NCBI GenBank assembly: GCA_040754095.1
Contig: JBFMFO010000004.1
Coordinates: forward strand, 3,475-67,474
Length of the DNA stretch: 64,000 nt
Direction of reading: 5' to 3'
Source of the DNA: Thermodesulfobacteriota bacterium
GTDB lineage: Bacteria > Desulfobacterota > QYQD01
This document shows positions 54,595 to 64,000 of the stretch, piece after piece; the first letter of the stretch is position 1, and each line of letters opens with the position of its first letter. A program made the translations under genes and the position numbers. The notes beneath the pieces are model-generated. The model was not told the origin of the DNA and made no database searches. It saw only the letters and a list, made by a program, of their open reading frames with translations.

Positions 54595-57246
54595 ATGGCT
54601 ATTGCAGACCCCAAAATACCGCCGCTTACCCGAAAGATAACGGTTGTTTTTACGGATATAGTCGCCTCCAGCCTCTTTTTCAAGACATACGGTAACCTAG
54701 CCGGACGCCGGATGCTCGAAGAGCATAATAAGATGCTCATCCCAATCATTAAGGAACACAGCGGTCTTGTAGTCAAGACGGTCGGCGACTCTATCATGGC
54801 CTACTTTTTAAATCCCGCTGAGGCCATAAAATCAGCGGTAAAGATGCAGAAGAGACTGACTCAATTTAACTTAAACCAACCGCCAGATCACGAAATCCGT
54901 ATCCGGATAGCTGTCCATTACGGTGACGGCCTTATCGAAAAGGAGGATATTTTTGGGGATGTAGTCAATGTCGCCGCCAAAATATTACCTCTGGCGGAAT
55001 CAGATACTATCTACGTGACTGAGGAGGTAAGATTAATTATTGGCAACGGGCTGCCGCTTCATTATGAAGAGGTGTCTCCGGGTGACGACTCCGATTTGCC
55101 GGGCCAGAGGGTCTATCGGGTATTATGGGAAGACGATTTGGATCTATTGCCCGTAACCAACATTATCATTCTGGTCAATCCGGTCCCATTTCTTGGTGAG
55201 AAGGCTTTCGGCAAAAAGTGGCCGTTTTTTCTCCAGGCTGTATATAGCTACCTGAATGAAGGGGCCACTGAAACCAGGGTCCTGGAAAATAAGATGATCT
55301 TTTCTTGCTATGACAATCTGCCCGAGACTTTATCGCGCCTTCTTGATCTGTTGGTTGCCCTACGGGGCAAATATTTGATGGAAACACCCCTGGAGAGCCT
55401 CCCCCTTCAGATTATTCTGCATAAAGATACAACGAACTGTAATGATGACTCCTTTGTCGGAGCGTTGTCCATAGGATGGGAAAACTTAAAACCGGATGTT
55501 GTTTACCTGACAAAGCCGGCCTATGATTCCTGGCTGGAAAACAGGCCGGGAGACTGCGATTTTAAGCTGGTTCCGCACGGCAAGGACATTTACCGTGTGG
55601 AGACAGACGTTGCAGGCCTTATAGAAGATAGAGTACTTTTTCCACATCGTGAGATCATGGCCCTGGGCAATAGAAGGGAGTGTTTTTACTGTGGCTCGCG
55701 TCGCCACCACTTAAACGCCTGCCCCTCAAAAAATCTACAACTTCCAGCCAGGGCCCTCACGCAAATAGGCCACTTATCCCTTGATAGAGTGAGCCGGTGT
55801 TTTTCCCGGGCATTCAATAACCCGGAACAATACAACGAAGGCCTGGCTAACCTTAAAGAGAGTGACCTGCAGTTTATTTCCGAACAGAATGAGGCGCAGG
55901 TAGCTTATCATGCCTTTTTTGATCTTATGGAGATCTATCAACTGAGATTTGTACGGCGGGTCTGGCGTGCAGAGGTCACCGGCTGGAACAGGTTTCTGGG
56001 CGCCGAGAGCGGGCAGAAAGAAGAAGGCGGGACGTTGTGGCTGGCCATGGATTGCCTCCGCGTAGGCCAACTGGAAAAAACTGAGTATTTTTTAAAAGCA
56101 AGTGAGGATAAAAGCGGCAGAGACTACAGACTTTACATGCTCAAGGGATTTCTCCATCTGGAAAAGGAAAACCATTATGAGGCCCTCTACCAATTTGAAA
56201 GGGCGCGGGAACTTTCAAATAATCCCTTACAACGCATTTATACACTTTTTTTGGTTGCCCGTATCCATGAGATACTTGAAGATTATGGCAAGGCAGAGGA
56301 GATGATAAACAGTATTATATTTCTTGAACCCCAGTGCATAGAGGCCCATTATCGCAAGGTGGCGCTGCTCACTAAGATGGGCCTTTACGACTCGGCCATG
56401 AGCAGGCTAAAAAACATCATATTGCAACAAAAAGACTTTTTCCTGTCCGCCCTCATTGACCCTCAATTGCTTTCGATGCAGAGAATCCTGGAGCCGCTCC
56501 TGGCCGGGATGCTCGAAGAGTCCCGACTCAGTGCCGCCGAGGCCGTTCAGCAGGCCGAGACCGCGATTAATGTCCTTGATGACTGGCTGGAAAAAGAAGA
56601 AGAGGCCTACAAGGAAAACAGGGCGCTGGCAGATAAGATGAGACAATTCATGGCACAAGACAGCTATTTGGGCTATACAGAGGCTGAAGATATCGCCCGT
56701 ACGCTTGCCAGCCGTTGTCGTCAGGTTCTTATCAATATGAGGGCAGGCCTTCACAAGATAATCTTATTATATGGTCATCAGATAAAAGGATATGAACTCT
56801 ACTGGAAGGCATACCCGCTTAAGGGGCTTTTCAAAGGCGTAGAGCCCCGGTTGCAGCAAATCCGGGAGAAGTTAAATTATGCGGAGGCACTGGCCAGAAG
56901 AGATGAAGCCGGTCTGTTTAAGCGGGCCCGAACCCTTGTGGATGAGATGACATCGGAACTAAAGGAAATGCTTTCTATTGTGCATAAAATGGAACTAATG
57001 GAGAATCTTTTCCGGAACCTGCGGCAATTCGGAAAACGAGTATTGATATTAGAAGCCGTAGTGCTCATCCTGGGGATAGCCGTGTACCCCGTTATTCTTT
57101 TTTATGTAAACCGTCTCTATCCGGTATTTGAATGGAATACCTTCAATGACCTCTGGCAGCATCAAAAAGGTGTTCTGTTCATAGGCGGCATAGCCGGATT
57201 TCTCACGGCAGTGGCGCTGACCTTTAAAGACATCTGGCGAGACTGA
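54595..57246 (+). CDS. class III adenylate/guanylate cyclase-domain protein with TPR repeats, a CCHC zinc knuckle and a C-terminal TM segment
   Basis: 883 aa: VVFTDIVASSLFFKTYGN...VVKTVGDSIMAYF is a cyclase homology domain. CFYCGSRRHHLNAC at 55681-55722. TPR-like middle region; C-terminal hydrophobic helices. Confidence 0.75.
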   Translation: MAIADPKIPPLTRKITVVFTDIVASSLFFKTYGNLAGRRMLEEHNKMLIPIIKEHSGLVVKTVGDSIMAYFLNPAEAIKSAVKMQKRLTQFNLNQPPDHEIRIRIAVHYGDGLIEKEDIFGDVVNVAAKILPLAESDTIYVTEEVRLIIGNGLPLHYEEVSPGDDSDLPGQRVYRVLWEDDLDLLPVTNIIILVNPVPFLGEKAFGKKWPFFLQAVYSYLNEGATETRVLENKMIFSCYDNLPETLSRLLDLLVALRGKYLMETPLESLPLQIILHKDTTNCNDDSFVGALSIGWENLKPDVVYLTKPAYDSWLENRPGDCDFKLVPHGKDIYRVETDVAGLIEDRVLFPHREIMALGNRRECFYCGSRRHHLNACPSKNLQLPARALTQIGHLSLDRVSRCFSRAFNNPEQYNEGLANLKESDLQFISEQNEAQVAYHAFFDLMEIYQLRFVRRVWRAEVTGWNRFLGAESGQKEEGGTLWLAMDCLRVGQLEKTEYFLKASEDKSGRDYRLYMLKGFLHLEKENHYEALYQFERARELSNNPLQRIYTLFLVARIHEILEDYGKAEEMINSIIFLEPQCIEAHYRKVALLTKMGLYDSAMSRLKNIILQQKDFFLSALIDPQLLSMQRILEPLLAGMLEESRLSAAEAVQQAETAINVLDDWLEKEEEAYKENRALADKMRQFMAQDSYLGYTEAEDIARTLASRCRQVLINMRAGLHKIILLYGHQIKGYELYWKAYPLKGLFKGVEPRLQQIREKLNYAEALARRDEAGLFKRARTLVDEMTSELKEMLSIVHKMELMENLFRNLRQFGKRVLILEAVVLILGIAVYPVILFYVNRLYPVFEWNTFNDLWQHQKGVLFIGGIAGFLTAVALTFKDIWRD

Positions 57247-57288
57247 TGTAAAGTTGACAGAACACCGCTTTTTGTTTAATTTCCTCCC

Positions 57289-59169
57289 ATGTCAACTATG
57301 TATCCAAGGGTTTATGATGTCATCGTCGTCGGCGCCGGACACGCCGGCTGCGAGGCGGCCCTGGCCGCGGCCCGCTTAGGGCATCCCACCCTGCTCATTA
57401 CTATAAATATCGATACGATTGGGGCCATGTCCTGCAATCCGGCTATCGGCGGCCTGGCCAAGGGCCACCTGGTTAAGGAAATTGACGCCCTGGGCGGGGA
57501 GATGGCCATAAATACCGATGAGACCGCCATCCAGTTCCGGCGTCTGAATACCAAGAAAGGCCCGGCCGTCTGGTCCTCACGGGCCCAGGTGGACCGGCTC
57601 CTTTACCGGCTGCGCATGAAATCTGTCCTGGAAAATCAGGTCAACCTGGACATTAAGCAGGCCATGGCCGATAGCCTCATGGTAGAGGACGGTGCAGTCA
57701 GGGGGCTTGAGACCTCTGTGGGCGAAAAGATCAGGGGGAAGACGGTTATCCTGACTACGGGTACCTTTTTGAACGGCCTCATTCATATCGGCCTCAAACA
57801 GTTTGCGGCCGGGCGGATGGGCGATCCTCCCTCCCAGAGGCTTTCCCGGTGTCTTAAAGACCTGGGGTTTACTATCGGCAGGTTGAAGACCGGCACCACC
57901 CCGCGTCTGGACGGAAGAACCATCGATTTCGACAAGCTGGAAGCCCAGCATGGAGACGACCCGCCGCATCTCTTTTCTTTTCGAAGCAAGAGGGCCATAC
58001 AGAAACAGGCGCCATGCTATATAACCTATACCAATGAGCGCACCCATGAGGTTATCCGGCAGGGACTGGACCGTTCCCCCCTCTTTACCGGCATTATAGA
58101 AGGGGTGGGCGCGCGCTATTGTCCGTCTATCGAGGATAAGGTGGTGCGTTTTTCGGATAAGGAGCGCCATCAGATATTTCTTGAACCTGAGGGACTTGAT
58201 ACTACAGAGATTTACCCGAACGGCACCGCCACCAGTCTGCCGGTGGATATACAACTGGCCATGCTCCGGACTATCCCGGGACTGGAGAAGGTGGAGGTTA
58301 TACGGCCCGGCTATGCCATAGAGTATGACTACGTTGATCCTCAACAGCTGAAGCCGTCCCTGGAAACCAAGCCGGTACAAGGCCTGTTCCATGCCGGCCA
58401 GATAAACGGGACCAGCGGTTATGAAGAGGCGGCCGCTCAGGGCCTGATGGCGGGCATAAATGCGGTTTGTTATGTAGAAGGCAAGGATCCGGTTATCCTG
58501 GATCGTTCGCAGGCCTATATCGGCGTTCTTATCGATGACCTGGTTACCAAAGGCACCAATGAGCCTTACCGCATGTTCACCTCCCGGGCCGAATATCGTC
58601 TCCTCTTGCGTGAAGACAACGCCGATCTACGGCTTGCGGAGCTTGGCCGTGCGGTCGGCCTGGTTACAGACGATGCCTATGCCGTCTGCCAGGCAAAAAA
58701 GAAGAATATAGAAGAGGCATTAGCCGGATTACACGGGATCAAACTCCCGCCTAATACCGCCAACAACGATTGGCTGAAGAGCCGTAACAGCGCCCCACTT
58801 AAAAATATCACTTCGCTGGCCGATCTTCTGCGTCGTCCCGAGTTGTCCCTGAAGGATATTGTTCCATTGTATCCTGTTTTAGCCGATCTGCCGCCTCAAG
58901 TGGCCGGCGAGCTGGAGATCACGATTAAGTACGAAGGTTATGTGCGGAGACAGGCTGAGCAGGTGGAGCGTTTCAAAAAGCTGGAAGGTTGTCTGGTCCC
59001 GGAAGATATAGATTTCAGGACTCTTCCGGGTATATCGCGGGAGGTGCAGGAGAAGCTGGATCGTATCCGCCCCCGCTCTCTTGGGCAGGCCGCACGCATT
59101 TCAGGGATCACGCCGGCGGCCGTTTCTATCCTTCACATTCATCTTAAAAAGAGAGGTTATGCGCTATGA
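57289..59169 (+). CDS. mnmG: tRNA uridine 5-carboxymethylaminomethyl modification enzyme MnmG (GidA)
   Basis: 626 aa: [23 protein letters not shown], matching MnmG along its full length. Confidence 0.95.
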   Translation: MSTMYPRVYDVIVVGAGHAGCEAALAAARLGHPTLLITINIDTIGAMSCNPAIGGLAKGHLVKEIDALGGEMAINTDETAIQFRRLNTKKGPAVWSSRAQVDRLLYRLRMKSVLENQVNLDIKQAMADSLMVEDGAVRGLETSVGEKIRGKTVILTTGTFLNGLIHIGLKQFAAGRMGDPPSQRLSRCLKDLGFTIGRLKTGTTPRLDGRTIDFDKLEAQHGDDPPHLFSFRSKRAIQKQAPCYITYTNERTHEVIRQGLDRSPLFTGIIEGVGARYCPSIEDKVVRFSDKERHQIFLEPEGLDTTEIYPNGTATSLPVDIQLAMLRTIPGLEKVEVIRPGYAIEYDYVDPQQLKPSLETKPVQGLFHAGQINGTSGYEEAAAQGLMAGINAVCYVEGKDPVILDRSQAYIGVLIDDLVTKGTNEPYRMFTSRAEYRLLLREDNADLRLAELGRAVGLVTDDAYAVCQAKKKNIEEALAGLHGIKLPPNTANNDWLKSRNSAPLKNITSLADLLRRPELSLKDIVPLYPVLADLPPQVAGELEITIKYEGYVRRQAEQVERFKKLEGCLVPEDIDFRTLPGISREVQEKLDRIRPRSLGQAARISGITPAAVSILHIHLKKRGYAL

Positions 59170-59900
59170 GTCAGAATCAGGCCCCGGCCGTTTTTAACTG
59201 GATAAGGGAGCAAGTCGGAAGGTCAGGGGCAAGGGGCACTGTTTTTGGATTGAGCGGCGGGGTTGACTCGGCGGTCGTGGCCGCCCTCTGCAAGGAGGCG
59301 ACGGGTAAGGATGCCCTCGGCCTCATTATGCCCTGCCACAGTCTGGATGAGGACATCGCCCATGCCCGGCTGGTGGCAGACGCTTTTCAGATTAAAACGC
59401 TGACGATTGATCTCAGCCCCGTTTTTGATAGCCTTAAGGCCATATTGCCTGAAGGGACTCAACTGGCTTACGCCAATCTTAAACCACGCCTGCGCATGAT
59501 GACGCTTTATTATTTTGCCAACCTTAATCATTATCTGGTGGTCGGCACCGGCAATAAGAGCGAGATCAGCGTCGGGTACTTTACGAAGTACGGTGACGGC
59601 GGGGTAGATATATTACCCCTGGGGGATTTTTTGAAACGTGAAGTAAGGGAGCTGGCCCGCAGTCTGAAGGTGCCCCAAGTTATTATCGACAAGCCGCCCT
59701 CAGCCGGACTCTGGGCCGGACAGACAGATGAGTCGGAGATGGGCGTGACCTATGAGGAGATCGATAATTATCTGAAAGGACTTGATGAGAAAACCACATC
59801 TGACCTTACGTTGCAGGTGAAAAACAAAATTAACACCATGATGACGGCCTCGGAGCACAAGCGCGCGCCTATCCCGATTTATTATCGGAAAAAGGCTTAG
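59166..59900 (+). CDS. nadE: NH3-dependent NAD+ synthetase
   Basis: 244 aa: [19 protein letters not shown]-loop. Confidence 0.8.
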   Translation: MSQNQAPAVFNWIREQVGRSGARGTVFGLSGGVDSAVVAALCKEATGKDALGLIMPCHSLDEDIAHARLVADAFQIKTLTIDLSPVFDSLKAILPEGTQLAYANLKPRLRMMTLYYFANLNHYLVVGTGNKSEISVGYFTKYGDGGVDILPLGDFLKREVRELARSLKVPQVIIDKPPSAGLWAGQTDESEMGVTYEEIDNYLKGLDEKTTSDLTLQVKNKINTMMTASEHKRAPIPIYYRKKA

Positions 59901-60056
59901 ATACTGTTCATCCGGAAACTCAAGATTTCCGGATGGAGCAGTCAGCTTTCAGCTATCAGCATTCAGCTTAATGTATGGGTTGTTCTAGTTCTTGCTGACA
60001 GCTAATCGCTGATCGCTGAAAGCGTGAAGTCGGAAACGATAGTTTCCAGATGAACA

Positions 60057-60299
60057 CTAGATGCATCTTCTCTTGGCATCGTCCGTATCCAGCCGCATCC
60101 ATCGCCCGTTTTTTTGGAACCACCATGCCTGTCCGTCAAATTTGGCGGCCAGGGTACCGTGATATCGCATCATCTTTTTGACTTGAGCCGAAGAGTAAAC
60201 CTTATAGTAATATCCCTGTGATTCGCCATCTGTGTATGATAGGGTAGCCCCTACAGAGAATAGGGCCAGTAATATAACGAAAAGGTAACTTTTACGCAT
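60057..60299 (-). CDS. small secreted hypothetical protein
   Basis: 80 aa with a signal peptide (MRKSYLFVILLALFSVGATLS); no recognisable domain. Confidence 0.4.
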   Translation of the reverse strand: MRKSYLFVILLALFSVGATLSYTDGESQGYYYKVYSSAQVKKMMRYHGTLAAKFDGQAWWFQKNGRWMRLDTDDAKRRCI

Positions 60300-60564
60300 A
60301 ATCCTTACTTCCTTATCAGATAGATGACTGTAGTGAACGCAAGTTCAATGCCAGATAATCAGCCCTAATTAATAACTAATGTAAATACAATATGTTATCA
60401 TATATAATTGGTGATCGATATTACGCCCTAAGAAACATTTTTCCCTTAATAAGGGTACTTTTTTTCTATTTTTGTGGAATTATTTTTCTCTTTGACAAGA
60501 TACTGTGCCCTTCTTTTTCAAAAAGGGAGGGGGGCATTTATAGATGGCAGAGAGGCAATAGATT

Positions 60565-61041
60565 ATGGCCACGAAGCTAAGCTTCTTTTTTGTGGGCAAG
60601 ACAAAAGAGCGATTTATCCAGATGGGAATAGATGAGTACCTGCATCGCCTGAAACGCTACGTTTCTACTGAGGTCAGGGTTGTGAAAGCCGGGAAGATTG
60701 GACCTAAAGCGGACACAAATAGGGTTATTGAGGCTGAAAGTAGAGATATCCTGACCAGAATAAACCCCGCCGCTTATCGCATAGCCCTCGACAGCACAGG
60801 GAAACAGCTTTCGTCCGTCGATCTGGCCAGGTTTTTGACCGACCTCGAAAGGCAGGGCCGGGAAGAGATTATTTTCATAACCGGTGGCCCTTTGGGCCTT
60901 TCACCCACCCTGCTCAAGGAGTGCCACTTTATCCTTTCACTCTCAAAACTTACCCTTACCCATGAGATGTGCCGCCTTATACTCTTCGAGCAAGTTTATC
61001 GGGCTTACACGATAAAGGCCGGTGAGAAGTACCATAAATAA
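60565..61041 (+). CDS. rlmH: 23S rRNA (pseudouridine1915-N3)-methyltransferase RlmH
   Basis: 158 aa SPOUT fold: FITGGPLGLSPTLLKECHFILSLSKLTLTHEM. Confidence 0.85.
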   Translation: MATKLSFFFVGKTKERFIQMGIDEYLHRLKRYVSTEVRVVKAGKIGPKADTNRVIEAESRDILTRINPAAYRIALDSTGKQLSSVDLARFLTDLERQGREEIIFITGGPLGLSPTLLKECHFILSLSKLTLTHEMCRLILFEQVYRAYTIKAGEKYHK

Positions 61042-61045
61042 CCGG

Positions 61046-61264
61046 CTAGACAGACTCGACGCTGACTACTTCCGGTATCTCTTTCTTGAGGTATTTTTCA
61101 ATACCGTTTTTAAGGGTCATCTGAGACATGGGACAGCCCTTACAGGCGCCGGTGAGGCGGACTGAAACTACTCCATCTTTGACATCCACCAATTCGACAT
61201 CGCCGCCGTCTCTCTGTAAAACCGGCCTGATTTTGTCCAATACGCTCTGCACTTGTTCCTTCAT
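61046..61264 (-). CDS. NifU-like (Nfu) Fe-S cluster carrier domain protein
   Basis: 72 aa: [27 protein letters not shown]. Confidence 0.75.
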   Translation of the reverse strand: MKEQVQSVLDKIRPVLQRDGGDVELVDVKDGVVSVRLTGACKGCPMSQMTLKNGIEKYLKKEIPEVVSVESV

Positions 61265-61602
61265 TTAATTAGCCTCCGAATAGAAATAAGAGGGTTAAAA
61301 CCTAACATACCCCCAAAAAATTGCCAATAAAAAACATCGTGAAGTTTTCTGAGCTTTTAGTTTAGGGAACCTTTGGTTTCTTCGCTTCACGGCTTGCGCA
61401 GCGACCCTTTCGGGGCTTGCAGGCGGGGAAGGCTTGCCCCTTCCAGCCACTAAAGGGCTGGTCCTGCTCACCCTCGAAGGGTACCCCGCTGCTCCAGCAA
61501 GTTTCGCTCAGAAACACAGGGGTTCCCTGAGAACTCAGGAAACTCCAGAAAAACATCTCAGGAACTTCTCTATCTTTGACTTTTAGCATAGTCTGGTCTA
61601 TC

Positions 61603-63021
61603 ATGGCCGATATGAAACGCAAGGCAAAGATCATCTGCACCATCGGGCCGGCCTCGCAATCCGAGGAGGTCATCTCTCAACTGGCTCAGGCCGGTATGAA
61701 CGTGGCCCGTCTTAATTTTTCGCACGGCACCCATGATGACCATTTAAGAAACATTATGCTTATTCGGCGGGTCTCGGCCGGATTAAGGAGGCCCATCGCC
61801 ATATTGCAGGACCTCCAGGGGCCCAAGATACGCATCGGAACTTTTGCCCATGGTCCGGCAAACCTCGTACCGGGCGGACGTTTCATCATATCCACAAGGC
61901 CCAGACCGGGGGACGAGACCGGTGTTTCCACTCCTTATGGCAAGCTGGCCCGGGATGTTCATCCTGGCGACCTTATCCTCATTGACGACGGCTTAATCAA
62001 ACTCCGTGTCCTGGAAACAGATACTGAAGACGTAACCTGCGAGGTAGTAAACGGCGGCGTGCTTTACGATCGCAAGGGGATCAACCTCCCCGGAGTACGT
62101 ATCTCGGAACCGTCGCTTACGCCTAAAGATAGAGAAGACCTGCGCTTTGGGCTGGAAAACGGGGTGGATTATATAGCCCTTTCCTTTGTCCGTGATCCAC
62201 GGGATATAATTGAAATAAAAGAAGTTATAGGCGGCAAACGGGTCCCGGTCATAGCCAAGCTGGAAAAGCCGGAGGCCATGGAGAAGCTCGATGCCATAAT
62301 AGCCCTGGCGGACGGTATTATGGTAGCCCGTGGCGATCTGGGGGTGGAAATCTCGCCGGCCAAGGTCCCTGCCCTTCAGAAGCGTATTATCGAAAAGTGT
62401 CACCGGCAGGGCGTGCCGGCCATAACCGCTACCCAGATGCTTGATTCCATGATGGTGCACCCCACACCGACCCGCGCCGAGGCATCGGATGTGGCCAATG
62501 CTGTTTTTGACGGAAGCGACGCCGTCATGCTCTCCGGGGAAACCGCCTTCGGGAAGTATCCGGTCCAGGCCGTGGAGATGATGGCCCGCATCATTGAGGA
62601 GGCTGAAAAAACGCCGTACTTTCGTTTAGGACACCGCGATGTCCCGGCAGATACGGTCATTTCCTTTGCCCAAGCTATATGCCACGCCGCTTATCACAGC
62701 TCCAGGGAAATCGGCGCTAAATTTATCATCGCCTTCACCGAGACGGGCTTTACAGCCCGCCTTATCTCCAAATACAGGCCCGAATGTCCGATCATAGCCC
62801 TCACACCGCACGAGGAGACGTGCCGGCGGGTCGCTCTTTACTGGGGAACCATCCCCGTCCAAATGGATTTTGCCCGCGATACCCAGGAGGCCATTCGAGA
62901 GATGGAAAGCAAACTCCTGGTCGAAGGGTTGATAAACAAAGGCGACCACTTAGTGGTTATGGCCGGCTCGTCTATGGAAGTCGGAGGGACGAATCTCCTT
63001 CGCCTCCACCGGGTGGGATAA
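61603..63021 (+). CDS. pyk: pyruvate kinase
   Basis: MADMKRKAKIICTIGPAS...NFSHGTHDDHLRNI...MVARGDLGVEI. Start chosen at ATG 61603; the track ORF begins at 61576. Confidence 0.9.
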   Translation: MADMKRKAKIICTIGPASQSEEVISQLAQAGMNVARLNFSHGTHDDHLRNIMLIRRVSAGLRRPIAILQDLQGPKIRIGTFAHGPANLVPGGRFIISTRPRPGDETGVSTPYGKLARDVHPGDLILIDDGLIKLRVLETDTEDVTCEVVNGGVLYDRKGINLPGVRISEPSLTPKDREDLRFGLENGVDYIALSFVRDPRDIIEIKEVIGGKRVPVIAKLEKPEAMEKLDAIIALADGIMVARGDLGVEISPAKVPALQKRIIEKCHRQGVPAITATQMLDSMMVHPTPTRAEASDVANAVFDGSDAVMLSGETAFGKYPVQAVEMMARIIEEAEKTPYFRLGHRDVPADTVISFAQAICHAAYHSSREIGAKFIIAFTETGFTARLISKYRPECPIIALTPHEETCRRVALYWGTIPVQMDFARDTQEAIREMESKLLVEGLINKGDHLVVMAGSSMEVGGTNLLRLHRVG

Positions 63022-63762
63022 CTCTTCTGCCCTGTCCTGGAGCGATAGAGGTCTCTCCAGGTTATTTGCCGCCAGGAGTGCGTCATCCCGCAAGATATCC
63101 GGCGTGGGCCCGTCTGCCGCTATACGACCGGCATGCAGGACGATGGTACGCCCACAGGTATCCAGTATGAGATCGAGATCGTGAGAGGCGATAACCCTGG
63201 TGTGCGTAAAGGTGCGCAGCAGGTTTATGAGTTGCCGCCTGGCCCTGGGATCAAGGTTGGAAGAGGGCTCGTCCATGACCAGGATATCCGGTTCCATGGA
63301 TAGTACGGCAGCGATAGAGACCGCCCGCTTTTGGCCTATAGACAGCCTGTGCGGCGGCCGGTGTTTCAAATCCAGGCAGCCTACTGTTTGCAATGCCTCC
63401 AGCGTCTTTTCCTCTACCTTCTGGCTGTCCCACCCCAGGTTAAAGGGGCCAAAGGCCACATCATCATAAACCCTGGGCATAAAGAGCTGGTCATCCGGAT
63501 TTTGAAAGACCACGCCTACCCTGCGCCGGACATCGTTTACGGTATCCCTGGAGACAATGACATTACCGATATTAACCGTCCCCTTGGTCGGAAAAAGATA
63601 ACCGTTTATCTGGAGGAGCAGGGTCGATTTGCCCGCGCCATTGGCCCCCACCAGACCTACGGATTCACCATGCAGGACGGTGAATGAGATACCGGAGAGC
63701 GCCTGTGTACCATCGGGATAGACGTACCCGACATCTGTAAACTCAATAAAATGGTGACTCAT
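62950..63762 (-). CDS. ABC transporter ATP-binding protein (ECF/cobalt CbiO-type)
   Basis: 270 aa: GLVGANGAGKSTLL Walker A, LSIGQKRAVSIA signature, ILVMDEP Walker B. The 3' end overlaps the pyk 3' end convergently by 72 nt. Confidence 0.8.
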   Translation of the reverse strand: MSHHFIEFTDVGYVYPDGTQALSGISFTVLHGESVGLVGANGAGKSTLLLQINGYLFPTKGTVNIGNVIVSRDTVNDVRRRVGVVFQNPDDQLFMPRVYDDVAFGPFNLGWDSQKVEEKTLEALQTVGCLDLKHRPPHRLSIGQKRAVSIAAVLSMEPDILVMDEPSSNLDPRARRQLINLLRTFTHTRVIASHDLDLILDTCGRTIVLHAGRIAADGPTPDILRDDALLAANNLERPLSLQDRAEELSHPVEAKEIRPSDFHRRAGHNH

Positions 63763-63796
63763 AATTGTGGTAACCGTTCAGTGTTGACCGTTTACC

Positions 63797-64000
63797 GAAA
63801 AAAAGTCGGACAACGATTAACGGTTAACGAACATGCTGATTCCCGAAAGCGCAAGGTTCGCATCGGCGAATCTGTTCGCCTTGCTAAATCATGTGCGTGA
63901 TCCTTAATGCCGCCCGGCCGATGATCTCGCTTATATTGTGCCATCGGCACAGGACAAAAAAGGCCGCCCAGGCCAGGAAAAAGATGCCATCTTGACAGGT
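63797..64000 (-). CDS. partial ORF (C-terminus) upstream of the ABC ATPase, possibly ECF transporter T component; runs off window
   Basis: Open minus-strand frame from the window edge to a stop at ~63797, 33 nt before the cbiO-like start. No diagnostic motif. Confidence 0.25.

Noticed and set aside
59901-60056. Hairpins between nadE and the small secreted gene as terminators or a repeat element
   Set aside because: CATCCGGAAA...TTTCCGGATG and CAGCTTTCAGC...GCTGAAAGCG inverted repeats are present but lack flanking U-tracts on either strand. They are too ambiguous to call as terminators or a defined element.
61362-61673. 103-aa minus-strand ORF overlapping the pyk start
   Set aside because: It overlaps the pyruvate kinase N-terminus and the structured spacer and has no homology features. 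It is better explained as non-coding structured sequence.
1-64000. tRNA, rRNA and transposase/integrase genes
   Set aside because: By-eye scanning of all spacers longer than 80 bp found no cloverleaf-compatible tRNA, no rRNA-like segment, and no ORF with transposase (DDE) or recombinase (R..HxxR..Y, serine recombinase) signatures. Their absence is itself notable for the insertion hotspot.

Overview
This window is a chromosomal segment whose gene content points to a sulfate-reducing Desulfobacterota-like bacterium. Core metabolism: two moeA paralogs plus fdhD for Mo/W cofactor handling, then sat, a kinase-like gene, a USP gene, a YkgJ-like gene, aprBA and qmoABC for dissimilatory sulfate reduction, each with canonical sigma70-like promoters and hairpin terminators. 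A complete dcw cell-division cluster follows (mraZ-rsmH-ftsL-ftsI-murE-murF-mraY-murD-murG-murC-murB-ftsQ-ftsA-ftsZ) but lacks ftsW and ddl. Further right are a B12/radical-SAM gene, truA, two seven-heme cytochromes c next to a 1268-aa fused MFS/spermidine-synthase/TPR protein, a V4R-type histidine kinase, a class III nucleotidyl cyclase with TPR repeats, and mnmG, nadE, rlmH, nfu, pyk and an ECF/CbiO ATPase. Accessory content is concentrated at 1-1730, 18000-19010 and especially 38000-42700. The last region is an insertion hotspot directly downstream of the radical-SAM gene. The last ~130 bp of that gene is present in three direct copies, each followed by a small cargo module: RHH-MazF, HigBA, and an ABC-type ATPase plus a Toprim-like small protein. 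That last pair is the best candidate for a poorly described OLD/PARIS-like defence module. Two identical 155-bp structured repeats also sit in this region, and the hairpin that begins them recurs at the HigBA island near 18000. No recombinase is visible in the window. Other notable signals are a ~100-bp MITE-like palindromic element in three copies, one inserted in-frame inside moeA. A second repeat family carries a GCGCAGAG/CTCTGCG motif. A 5'-nucleotidase-like ORF contains an in-frame UGA in a CPG-U context followed by a SECIS-like hairpin, so it may be a selenoprotein rather than a pseudogene. Also noted: a truncated cytochrome paralog, a RelE toxin with an in-frame TAA, MraZ-box-like repeats, and an unusual repeat-rich ftsQ-ftsA spacer. 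I found no rRNA, tRNA or CRISPR array.
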